Source: Azolla caroliniana
Taxonomy: Eukaryota; Plantae; Polypodiophyta
Reading direction: 5' to 3'
Assembly: GCA_043228905.1 (NCBI GenBank)
Contig: JBHGNT010000010.1
Coordinates: 10,044,001 to 10,108,000, forward strand
Length of the DNA stretch: 64,000 nt
Shown: positions 1 through 10,208 of the stretch, piece after piece
Layout: each line of letters begins with the position of its first letter
How positions within the stretch are numbered: the stretch's first letter is position 1
Position numbers and translations under genes: made by a program
Notes under the pieces: model-generated
Database searches by the model: none
The model's input: only the letters and a program-made list of their open reading frames with translations
Told to the model about the DNA's origin: nothing

Positions 1-1324
1 CCATGGCTATACTTAATGGGTGGTAGGTTATTAATGTGTATGCCATTTGCAAGTAACCAACTCACTACAGTGTTATACCAAGAGCTAGTGTCTCTGGATG
101 CATATAGGGATCAGGATGCCTCAAAAGCTTTATGGGATTTCCTATCTTGTGGTTGGCTATGTATCCGATGAATAAAAACTACCACTTGTAAAAGTGCTTC
201 TACTAACATCGGGGGCAGACTGAACTCTGCTCTAATAATGTCATGTGGTATCGTCCATTTGCTTCCAACTTAAAGTGATAACATCGTCACCAAAGGTCTC
301 TCTAATTGCGTCCACATGAAAGATGGTAGGACTAGAGCCCATACTACTTATGCATACATGAGGGAAGGAGTCACTAATGAGTCAAAGAGCCATCACTTAG
401 TCTGTGGCTCTTGAAAGTATGCCTAGTGGCATTGTCTCTCTAAGAGTGAGAGGGGTGCATACCCTCTCATTAGCCTATCTTTGGTTGCCTAGGTCATCGA
501 GAATTTACCTGAACGAGCACTAAAAGTGACTCCCAGATATACATATGATCCAACTACCTCAACTGGTTTATGAGAAAGGATTAGGTGACATTTACTCCTA
601 ACTTGAGACGATGTATGAAAGATAAGGACTTTAGTTTTCGTTAGTTTCACTACTAGTCCTTGTTGTGTGCAAAAGTCATCTAAGGCATTAAGGTGCTTTT
701 GTAGGTCGTGTTTAGACTCCGAGAGCAAGACGATGTTGTCTCTGTAGAGTAAGATATGAACTTGTGTACCCCCCAATGGGTACTCCATTGTCTCCCTTAC
801 AAGCAATAAAATCAGTGATCTCATCAATGTAGATCCCAAAAAGTGTCGGTGATAGGGGGCAACCCTATTTTACACCAATGGTGCTAGTGAAGCAATAAGA
901 TAGGCCACCTGGCCATCTTACACACCCAGAGACGTGCTCATATAGAGCATAGATGGCCCAGATCATGTCATTTGGTATCTCCAAGCTTTTAAGCCTATCA
1001 AAAAACCGCTCCCTAAGAATTGTGTCAAAGGCTTTGCGGAAGTCCACAAAGCAACAATATAGTTTCTTTTTGTGAGCCTTCGTTTGGTCAATTAAGCATC
1101 TAAGTGTGAAGATATGGTCAATAGTGGAGAAGCTCGTCTAAAGCCAGCCTGCTCATGTGCTCGAAGACTTAAGGTTTCCATATAATCGTTGAGCTCTGCC
1201 TCCATTACTGCACCATATAGTTTAGCGAGTGTGTGACCTATCATAATGGTCCTATATGTATTTGGGCACATTGGGTACCCTCCTTTGTGTATAGGGGCCA
1301 CTGTGTTCATGGTCCATTGTGGTG

Positions 1325-1435
1325 GAAAACCCTCGGCGAGGGCGAAGTTGAAGATTAGAGTGAGAAAAGGGGCTAGGTACTCTCGAGCATATATGACGTG
1401 TTCGTCTTGCAATCCTGTGTGGTCCATGGATTTCC
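1325..1435. repeat. 111-bp direct duplication of LINE target sequence, left copy
   Basis: gaaaaccctcggcgagg...ccatggatttcc recurs at 3193-3303 with one visible mismatch. Confidence 0.95.
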
Positions 1436-2541
1436 GGCCCATTTGTTCATATAATAACTCCTTATTTGAACAAACATCGAAGTGGTTACACCACCAACTT
1501 TTACCAATCCTCCTTCTCCAACCACAATATCTAAAAGACTCTCACACACTAATCCAATCACTAGAAAACCTACACCCACCATCTAATAGTTTCTTATTCA
1601 CGTTTGACGTTGAATCTCTCTATCCTAGTATCCCCCCTAAGTTAGGACTCCAAGCCCTACGTAGTCTAATCACCCCCCACTTTTCCCCTTCAAAAACAAA
1701 TCTCATCTATACCCTTAGTGCCCTTATTTTAGAATATCACTATCTCACTTTCGATGACGTAGTTTACCAACAAATAAAAGGTACGGCCATGGGTAGCAAC
1801 TTTTCAGTCGTATATGCATGCCTCTTTTTAGTATATCTCGAAAACTTACAACCATCGCCCCCCCATCTCTTCTACTTCACCTGCTATATTGATGATGCAT
1901 TTGGGGTCTGGACAGGCACCAAATCTCAACTTTTAGAATATCTCGACTTTTACCCTTCACACACAAATAACTCCATCAAGCTTACCATTCAAACTTCCCC
2001 CTTTCGGCTACCTTTTTTAGACATATGGATCAACCTCGAAAATTCATCTTTCTTATTCAATTGTTTTCAAAAACCTCTCAATTCATACCAATACTTGCCT
2101 TTTTCATCGGATCATCCTTCCCATACGAAACAACACTTTATCACTAATGAAGTGAAGAGATATCTTATTAGAGAAAGCACCCCATTAGGTTTCTACCAAA
2201 TGAAAAAACTCTTTTTCAATAGACTAGTTAACCGTGGTTACCCTCCATCCTTTATACTAAAAAGCTATAAGAAAATACCTTTTAGTCTTAGAAAAACACT
2301 CCTATATCAACCCAAAACTATTACTTCCCTTAACCCCACAATCTTTAAACTTAGATACACCAAACATACCCCAAAACTAGGCATTCATAGTTTTCTAAAA
2401 AATCTCTATAATGACTTAATGTTAGATCCCGAGCTTACAAGCATCTCACGCCCTTTCGTATGTTGGACAAAATCTAAGTCCTTACATGCCCTCCTAGTTA
2501 AGACCAAGTTTTCAAAAAATCCACCAAAATCCCCCACTTAA
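1432..2541 (+). CDS. Penelope-like reverse transcriptase (N-terminally truncated, open frame, no C-terminal GIY-YIG)
   Basis: FRPICS, YLKDS, FTFDVESLYPSIP, YQQIKGTAMGSNFS, YIDDAFGVW, LPFLDI, FQKPLNSYQYLPFSSDHP, LVNRGYPP are PLE-type RT and thumb motifs. Confidence 0.9.
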   Translation, partial: FRPICSYNNSLFEQTSKWLHHQLLPILLLQPQYLKDSHTLIQSLENLHPPSNSFLFTFDVESLYPSIPPKLGLQALRSLITPHFSPSKTNLIYTLSALILEYHYLTFDDVVYQQIKGTAMGSNFSVVYACLFLVYLENLQPSPPHLFYFTCYIDDAFGVWTGTKSQLLEYLDFYPSHTNNSIKLTIQTSPFRLPFLDIWINLENSSFLFNCFQKPLNSYQYLPFSSDHPSHTKQHFITNEVKRYLIRESTPLGFYQMKKLFFNRLVNRGYPPSFILKSYKKIPFSLRKTLLYQPKTITSLNPTIFKLRYTKHTPKLGIHSFLKNLYNDLMLDPELTSISRPFVCWTKSKSLHALLVKTKFSKNPPKSPT

Positions 2542-2700
2542 AACTAAGTTTTCAAACAATCCACCAAAATCCCCCACTTAAGACTAAATTTTCAAACAAT
2601 CCACCCAAATCCCCCACTTAAGACTAAAGTTTCAAACAATCCACCCAAATCCCCCACTTAACACTAAGTTTTCAAATAATTCACCCACATCCCCCACTTA
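2501..2700 (+). repeat. 40-bp tandem repeat, 5 copies, overlapping the PLE stop codon
   Basis: Unit ~agactaagttttcaaacaatccaccaaaatcccccactta at 2501, 2541, 2581, 2621 and 2661. Confidence 0.95.
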
Positions 2701-2803
2701 ATATTATCCCAAATCCCCCTTTTTCATCACATTAAAAACTCCCCCCTCACCATCATCATTATACTAATTTCCCTTCTCTCATTCCCTATCACTTTCCTAC
2801 ACA

Positions 2804-2847
<44 letters not shown>

Positions 2848-2958
2848 CCACATTCTATTCTCTCTCATCTACTACACAAATCAAATCCTCCCCACTCCTT
2901 TTTCTCTCACTCCCTCTTCCTTCCCACCCCTTTATAAATCACATTCTCTTGTTGTAAT

Positions 2959-3010
2959 GGTCTTTGCACTGAAGAGCTCCACTATTGAGCGAAACTAGTT
3001 GCCTAAGACC
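2959..3010 (+). ncRNA. Type I minimal hammerhead ribozyme motif
   Basis: ggtctt-t-gca CTGAAGA gctc-cactatt-gagc GAAA c-ta-gt tgc-ct-aagacc. Core CUGANGA and GAAA, 4-bp helix II, palindromic ACTAGT minimal helix III, bipartite helix I. The cleavage-site junction is one nucleotide off canonical. Confidence 0.8.
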
Positions 3011-3057
3011 ACCACCCTCTTTGAATTAAAAACATCTCTCCCTCTTTGAATTAAAAA

Positions 3058-3093
<36 letters not shown>

Positions 3094-3192
3094 GTGTATG
3101 TTGCCTACTTTCTCTTGTTTAGCTTAAGCACCCTCTAATCGTCTTGTGCCTATCTCTACGCACTCCTTGTTTCGACCATTTGGTCCTAGTAA

Positions 3193-3303
3193 GAAAACCC
3201 TCGGCGAGGGCGAAGTTGAAGATTAGAGTGAGAAAAGGGGCTAGGTACTCTCGAGCATATCTGACGTGTTCGTCTTGCAATCCTGTGTGGTCCATGGATT
3301 TCC
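3193..3303. repeat. 111-bp direct duplication, right copy
   Basis: Matches 1325-1435; the LINE reading frame continues through this copy. Confidence 0.95.
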
Positions 3304-3479
3304 TATGTTGTAGTTTTTTTATGACCTTTATGAACCTAGAGGTCGTGAAAAGTGTCCCTATGGTAGGTGGAGGTGTGGAAGGCATTGGAATGGGTGGTTC
3401 TTTTAGGACGTGGTAGAGTCTCTCTGTATATGTGTGCCAAGTGTTGGGATCCTCGATGGGTGTTTATAGTCTTGGTTCG

Positions 3480-3802
3480 TGTTACGGGCATGGCCATATA
3501 ATATCCCGTGGTGAGAATGTACCATAGTATTCTATACATGTGGATAAAGTGTGAGGGTTAAATGAGAGTGTAAAGAAGGGGAGGATTACTTTTAATCCTC
3601 AAAATTGAGACAACCCATTGGGCCAAGTGTGAACTTACCTAGGGGCCTTAGGTCTGGCTATAAATATGAGGCCTAGTTATCCTCATTTCATCATTTCTTG
3701 ACTACATGGAGACTCTGTTCTTCTGGTTGGTAAACTCTTCTAGCGAGCGCACCAGCACCAGGTACGAATCAACGCCATGACGGTGGTATGGGACGCCGAT
3801 CG
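3480..3802 (+). repeat. Element A 5' LTR (partial; interrupted by element B)
   Basis: Aligns to 56119-56441 up to gggacgccgatcg. Confidence 0.9.
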
Positions 3803-3813
3803 TGTCATGATAT

Positions 3814-3872
3814 GGCAAGACTCGAACCTATGACCTTATACTACATGGGTCGAGCTCTTACCATTAGACTAT
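3814..3872 (-). promoter_or_regulatory. tRNA-like A-box/B-box cassette in the B LTR (second copy in the E LTR at 16021-16079, + strand)
   Basis: Reverse complement reads a-TAGTCTAATGG-taagagc...GGTTCGAGTCT-tgcc with tRNA-like box spacing. Confidence 0.7.
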
Positions 3873-4248
3873 GAATTGTAATTTGTAGAATATTATTTTC
3901 ATTTATGCTTTATCATAGAAAATTGATGTATATTCCAGATCTCTCTGGAACATTCTAGAAGCTTCAGGCTTATTCCTAAAAACACTATCAAAGGAGGCAC
4001 AAGGCATTGTTTTGAACCAAATTGGTTCAACACCAGTCTTAAGCCTCTTAGCCGCGTTGTACTTATCTTTCACATAATATATTAGCTGCTGTCATCATCT
4101 CTCTCTCTCTCTCATTCTTGCTATCTCTCTCTCTCCTCTTCTCACTTCCTCTCTCAGGAGTCTTACCCAGTTCCATCCCCTTAATACTAATAGTACTACT
4201 CTTCTTTAGTACTAATTCCATCTCTGTTTTAGTACTATTCCTGACAGT

Positions 4249-4260
4249 TTGAACCAATTT
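4249..4260 (+). promoter_or_regulatory. Self-priming primer-binding site of B
   Basis: ttgaaccaattt lies 2 nt after the LTR and is the exact complement of aaattggttcaa at 4019-4030, ~30 nt downstream of the TATA-like box. No TGG tRNA PBS is present. Confidence 0.8.
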
Positions 4261-5467
4261 TCTCCTCCAGCCTACTTGTCACGCTCCCTCATCCTCCTAC
4301 CCTTTTCCCTATACTATGGCTACTGTTAGCGCCCAAGAATACCAATCCGTTTTCTCCGAGCTACAGTGCCTAAAAGAAAAGTTTGTTGCCCTGGAACAAG
4401 AAAACCAACGGTTGATAGGGGATCTGCAACAAATCGCTCTAGAAAAACAACAAACGCAACAACAACATGGGGAGTTAGCGTTACGGGTACAACAACTCGA
4501 AGCAGCGTTGCAACAACAAGGATCAAGTCCCCAAGGATTTCATAAAGAGCCCAAGATTGGACTTCTTGTGAAATTTGATGGAACGCGATCGCAATTCCGG
4601 GGATTCCTTAATCAGGTACGCTTAGTCATCCAGATGCATCCTTCCCGATATCCCACTGATGCATCTCGAGTCGGCCTAATAGGCACGCTACTTAGCGGCT
4701 CAGCCTTGGCATGGTTCGCTCCGCTTCTAGAAAAACAATCGCCCTTGCTTAATCACTTTGAAGATTTTATTGGTGAGTTTAAAGCCTGCTTTGGAGATAC
4801 CGACAACATCAGGACATCGATCAACAAGATTTGAAGATTGCGTCAAGGCGATCGTCCAGCCTCTGTCTATGCGGCAGATTTCCGTCTACTCGCCTCAGAT
4901 ATCCCCTGGGATGATCAGGCCCTCATGGAGCAGTTTCGCTACGGCTTGCTCAACGATGTCAAAGACTTGCTTTTAACCTTCCCCGAAGAACCAAAGTCTC
5001 TTACGGAGGCAATCAGTCGAGCGGTCCGATGCGACAACCGCCTTTTCGAATGGCATTCGGAACGTTAGTTACAAATACCACGCTCTCGGCCGGAACCCAC
5101 ATATGCCTCAGTCACGGCTAAACCGTTTGCACGCGATGTACCTCACACCTCAAGCCAATATTCCGACACCGATGGAGATCAACACCATGCGTCGACGCGG
5201 CCCGTTATCGGAAGAAGAAAAGCAACGACGACGTGCCAATCGATTATGTCTTTATTGTGGTGGACCAGGGCATATTGCCATCAATTGTCCCCATAGGCCA
5301 AGAAGACAGGTAAATCAAATCGTCGCCTGTACTAAACCTGAGTCAATTCTTCCCTTCGGAGTGTCTGATAGTATTAATAGTACTAATAGAGTGTCAGATA
5401 GTATTCATAGTACTAATAGCCCAAGTATCTCAAATAAATTTGAAATCCTTAGTCAATTAGATGAAGA

Positions 5468-5522
5468 GTTAAACGATTGAGTCCAGGCAAAATAGGAGCC
5501 GTTTGGTTGGACAACAGCCCTA
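5468..5522 (+). promoter_or_regulatory. Putative -1 ribosomal frameshift signal, gag/pol of B
   Basis: G_TTA_AAC in the gag frame, 6-nt spacer, stem gtccaggcaaa/tttggttggac; pol is in the -1 frame. Conserved in C at ~52483-52533 (minus strand). Confidence 0.7.
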
Positions 5523-8500
5523 GATCTGTACAGCCCATTAGTGGTTCCATTCCTTCCAAGCAAGTTAGCAATGTGTTCCTAGCCCAAGTCATTGTTAGTA
5601 CTAAAAGTACTCCCCCAGTACCCGTCCTAGCACTTTTAGATTCCGGAGCTAATTCCTGTTTCATGGATCGAAATTTTGCCCAAGCTTCTTAGATATCCTT
5701 AAGAAAACTTCCTTGTCCTGCATCTGTAGTAGTCATTGATGGTCGTTCCATTGCTTCCGGGAATATTGTAGAAGAATCAGAACCCATTCAAGTTGTCCTA
5801 GGTAGTTTTGTGTGTGTAATATCATTTAATATAATTAGTAGTCCAGAGCATCCCATTGTCCTAGGATTACCTTGGTTTGAATTACATAATCCAGTCATAG
5901 ATTAGAGAACAAGAGAAGTCCGATATCGACCACCCCAAGAATCAACTCACCGAGTTTTGACCATTTCACTCCATCAACTACGCGAAGAAGGACCCAAGGA
6001 GGCAATGTTCCTATTTGCAATATCAGTACATCCTTCTAGCACTATTAAGAAGGACTCCTCAGTACAACTTCCAGCAAAATATCATCCTTATGCCGATGTA
6101 TTTGACAAGGTAAAAGACGTTACCCTTCCTCATCACCGTCCCTATGACTGTCCCATCGATTTACAACCAGAAACCGAGCCACCATGGGGACCAATTTACA
6201 ACTTGTCACCCACCGAGTTAGAAGTTCTTCGAGCCTACATAGAGGAGAACTTGGCAAGCGGGTTCATTCGTCATTCGAAATATTCGGCCGGTGCACCCAT
6301 CTTCTTTGTCAAGAAGAAAGATGGCACTTCGTCTCGTCGTTGATTACCGCGGATTGAATAAAGTCACCATCCGGAATAGGTATGCACTTCCTCTTATATC
6401 AAGTCTTTTAGAGTGAGTTAATGGTGCCAAGTTTTTTACTAAAATCGACCTACGAGGAGCGTATAACCTCGTGCGGATTTGACCGGGAGATGAATGGAAG
6501 ACCACCTTTCGCACGCGGTATGGGCATTTCGAGTATACTGTTATGCCGTTCGGCCTACCTAACCAATGCATCCGCAGTCTTCCAACACATGGCAAATGAT
6601 ATATTCAGAGACCTCTTGGATATCTGTTTGATCATCTATCTGGATGATCTATTGATTTATTCGAAGACCCAAGAAGAGCACGATTCTCATGTACTATTAG
6701 TACTAAAGCGACTCCGCGAGAATGGTCTTTATGCCAAGCTAGAAAAATGTAGCTTTGATTGCAAGCAAGTGGAATTTCTAGGCTACGTCATCTCCTCAAA
6801 GGGCATCGCCATGGATCTAGCTAAAATCCAAACTGTACTAGAGTGGCAAATTCCACGGTCGGTACGAGATGTACAATGTTTTCTAGGTTTTGCTAACTTC
6901 TACCGTAAGTTTATACAGGATTACTCGAAGATTATTTTACCTCTCACACAACTTACGAAGAAGGGCCAAGCATTTCTTTGGTCCATCGAAGCAGATATTG
7001 CTTTTCGGCATCTTAAGAAAGCCTTTACATCAGCACCGATTCTAGCTCATGTGGATGCAAGAAAACCATTCATCATGGAGGCCGACGCATCAGATTTCGC
7101 CCTCGGTAGCATCCTTTCTCAACAAGGAGGTAAAGAAGAGTTGCATCCGGTGGCTTTCCATTTGCGCAAATTTGATGTTGCAGAAATAAACTACGAAATA
7201 CATGACAAGGAATTATTAGCCATCGTGGATTCATTTGTGCAATGGCAGCATTTCTTAGAGGGCTCTCCACATCAGGTCATTGTCTTTAGCGATCATAAAA
7301 ATCTAGCTTATTTTCAGAACGCTCGCGTACTAAATCGACGGCAAGCTCGGTGGGCGCAATTCCTCACGCGTTTCGACTTGAAAATCACATATCGACCGGG
7401 GAAGCAGCAAGGAAAAGCAGATGCACTATCACGGCGTTCATATCTTGCACCTCGGCCTAGTGATGCAACATTTGATAATCAAAAGCAAGTAATCTTGGGA
7501 CCAACACGATTGCATACGACGCGGATTTTTCACACCCCGATGTATTCACGGATTACCGATGACATACGTGCAACCTTGAAAACGGATAGTTTTGCTTAAG
7601 ACATCCTGGCGCACATTGATACTTCTGGGGCATCTTGTTCTCGGTCTCAACAACCAGGTATTGACTACAGACAATTCGAATATCATGATGGTTTGTTATT
7701 CTTTAAAAAGCGCGTATATGTCCTCGATTGCTACTGTCGCCTTCAAATCGTCCAGCATTGTCATGACACCCATACGGCGGGACATTTCGGTAGTACTAAG
7801 ACGTTGGAGCTAGTGCAGTGATCTTTTTGGTGGCCCCACATGCGCCGTTTTGTCGACGACTACGTTCGGACCTGTGATGCTTGCTGCAGAGCAAAGATGC
7901 CACGACACCATCCATATGGCTTGTTGGAACCCTTACCGATTCCAAGTAAGCCGTGGTAGTCTATTTGTCTTGATTTTATCATAGATCTTCCGGTCTCGAA
8001 GGGGTTCGATGCTATCCTAACCGTCTTCGATCGATATACGAAGATGGCACATTTTGTGCCGTGTACTAAAGCCATCACTAGCGAGGAAACCGCCGCCCTT
8101 GTTATGCGTGAGGTATTTCGGCATCATGGCCTCCCAGACAGTATCATCAGTGACCGAGGACCGCAATTTGTCTCCAAATTTTGGCAGCATCTCTTCAAGA
8201 TGCTCAAGGTCTCCTGCAACCTCTCCTCCGGCTACCATCCTCAGACTGACGAGCAGGCGGCACGAACAAACCAAACACTGGAGCAATATCTCCGATGTTT
8301 CCTGAGTTATCAACAGGACGATTGGGCCGAGATTCTCCACTTTGCGGAGTTTGCGTATAATAATGCTATTCACTCCTCGACTCGGGTCTCCCCATTTTTC
8401 GCTTATACCGGTTTCCATCCTCGCTGGTCGGTGATCGACACCCCGGAGCTACCTACCAACCCTCGTGCCGAGGATCATTTGGAGAGGCTATGCAAGATCC

Positions 8501-8890
8501 AGATGGATCTCTCTACTCACCTTCGTCATGCTCAACACACAGAAGACTTATGCGGATCGTCATCGGATTCCCTCCTCTTTTGCCATCGGAGATCGAGTAT
8601 GGCTCTTACGTCGTCACATCAAGACTACTCGACCGTGCGACAAGTTGGATTATCGACGATTCGGTCCCTTCCGTATTACGGGTAAGATTAATGATGTCAC
8701 ATTCCGCCTTGATCTCCCTCCACAGCTTCAGATACATCCGGTTTTCCATTGTTCTCTTCTTGAACCTTATAAAGCAAACACCATTCCCGATCGTGTGTCA
8801 CCACCGCCGCCCCCGTTGGAGTTGGACGCTGGCCCAGAGTATGAAGTTGCTGCCATCCTCGATTCCAAACTTGTTCGCAACAACCTTTAT

Positions 8891-9183
8891 CCATAGGCTA
8901 AAACCATGGTTTTGTGTACACAGTTTTGTATGTTTGTTTCCTATGGAATACTAAATATGAGAAGGAAATATACAAAATCTAAAGCACTTAGTAGTAGCTT
9001 TAGTGGTAAGATAATTGCTTGCTATTTTAGAAGTGCAAGGTTCAAATCTTGCTTGCACCCTTCTATATGCACTTGAATGTCATCAAACCCTAGGCTAATT
9101 TTCATATTTATAATCATGTGTATAATGTGTATGGAGCCACACTATTTCACAATTTCTCCCATTGGACACAGAACATCTCGACA
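8891..9183 (-). repeat. LTR fragment (TGTCG-terminus group) with a tRNA-like cassette at 8994-9053
   Basis: Ends ...ctcgaca; contains tagctttagtggtaag...gtgcaaggttcaaatcttgc, resembling the D, F and O LTRs. Confidence 0.6.
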
Positions 9184-9187
9184 ACGC

Positions 9188-10204
9188 TGTCGTGAAGATC
9201 CGTCACTACGTGCGGATCGTGAGGTGGAACCACCAGAGTCTTGGACTAGAAGGATTCGAAGTTTGCACTAACTTTAGCGAGAAAGTATTTAAGATAGATT
9301 GAGATAAAGATTGAACTTTTAACTTTTAGATTTAAGAGAGAAGATACATCAACAATAGGATTACAAGTTTCTTATTTTTCCCCAAATTTTTCATTAGTTT
9401 CATTTGCTTGATTCCTCCACTCTTTTATAGATGCCCCCATGCATATGGTGCATGTGTGGGTGCAAGATATGCACGTAATGCATGCTTGCCATGTCATCAT
9501 CTAAGCTCTCATGTATGAGAATTTACATGTAAAACTGTAATTATAAAAATATAACTTTTAAGGAAATGACTTGGCTTAGTGGTAAGTATATTGCTTCCTA
9601 CCTTGGAGGTGCAAGGTTCAAGCCTTGCTCATATCCCTTTTAAAACAAAAAATACTACTAGGCTTTTGGTCTTGTATTTACATCGAAAATCTTCAAAACA
9701 CCATGCACCGCGATTAACTGACCGATCTGTCTATCCGGTCCTGGTCTCGATCGTTGTGTCACCGTCTCGCCGGATTCGTTCGGTCGTCGTTCGGCTAAAA
9801 CCTTTACAACTAGTTAGACCACAGTCATTTATTCGATTAGTTTAGCTAAAGTCACCTTGAACATTCTATGATTCACTCACAAACACAAAGTAATAGATTT
9901 TGGCCCTCCTTATATACTCTGGGATCCTTATTTGTCCTGCCTATGTGGGATATCTCGTAGTTTTGTTTTTTCTCTTCTTCTTCGCAAACTTTATACCCAC
10001 ATAACTTGCCACTTAGTTGTCCGTTTCTTATGTGGTAAAGTGTATTTGAAAGCTCTTGAAGACTTCCATCTTTTTGTACCAAGATATTAAACTAGTATAA
10101 AATAGTATCTTCAATATTATTGTTTTATGTTATGTGTGAAGAACCACACTCGATTTTGTACATTCCATTCAATTTTAACACCGTTGGCGAAAATCTTTAC
10201 GACA
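9188..10204 (-). mobile_element. Solo LTR related to the F family, 4-bp TSD acgc
   Basis: tgtcgtgaagatccgtcactac...aatctttacgaca is a diverged reverse complement of the F LTR; acgc at 9184-9187 and 10205-10208. Confidence 0.9.
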
Positions 10205-10208
10205 ACGC

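Larger units (their letters stand above)
1436..3192 (+). mobile_element. 5'-truncated Penelope-like retroelement (PLE)
   Basis: PLE-type RT ORF, then a 3' region with tandem repeats, (CT)n and a hammerhead motif; bounded by the 111-bp duplication. Confidence 0.88.
1..3479 (-). mobile_element. Degenerate non-LTR retrotransposon (LINE, RTEX-like) ORF2, RT region; interrupted by a Penelope-like element and by LTR element A
   Basis: Minus-strand ORF fragments carry LINE RT motifs: PIHKGG..NTYRTI, EQAGFR, DFRKAFDTI, GVK*GCPLSP, LLYRDNIVLL (degenerate YADD), KTKVLIF, YVYLGV. Multiple stops and frameshifts. Confidence 0.9.
3803..8890 (+). mobile_element. Element B: Tcn1/Tf1-sushi-like chromovirus, 3'-truncated (5' LTR 3803-4246, gag 4316-5480, pol 5477-8890), degenerate
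   Basis: TGTCA...TGACA LTR; gag KFDGTRSQF and CLYCGGPGHIAINC; protease ALLDSGA; RT IYLDDLL; RNase H EADASDFA; integrase SDRGPQF; GPF; chromodomain start EYEVAAILDSK. Confidence 0.93.

Noticed and set aside
1246-1431. Apparent N-terminal extension making a 431-aa ORF
   Set aside because: It is antisense LINE target sequence that happens to be in frame; PLE homology begins at FRPI.
2806-2842. (CT)n, (GA)n and (CA)n microsatellites here and at ~3059, ~43894, ~47672, ~57254 and ~60628
   Set aside because: Ordinary simple repeats inside TE UTRs/LTRs or an intron.
3166-3193. Possible second hammerhead on the minus strand (gacc-aaat-ggtc-gaaac)
   Set aside because: A hairpin and GAAAC are present, but the CUGANGA core and helices I/III are not.
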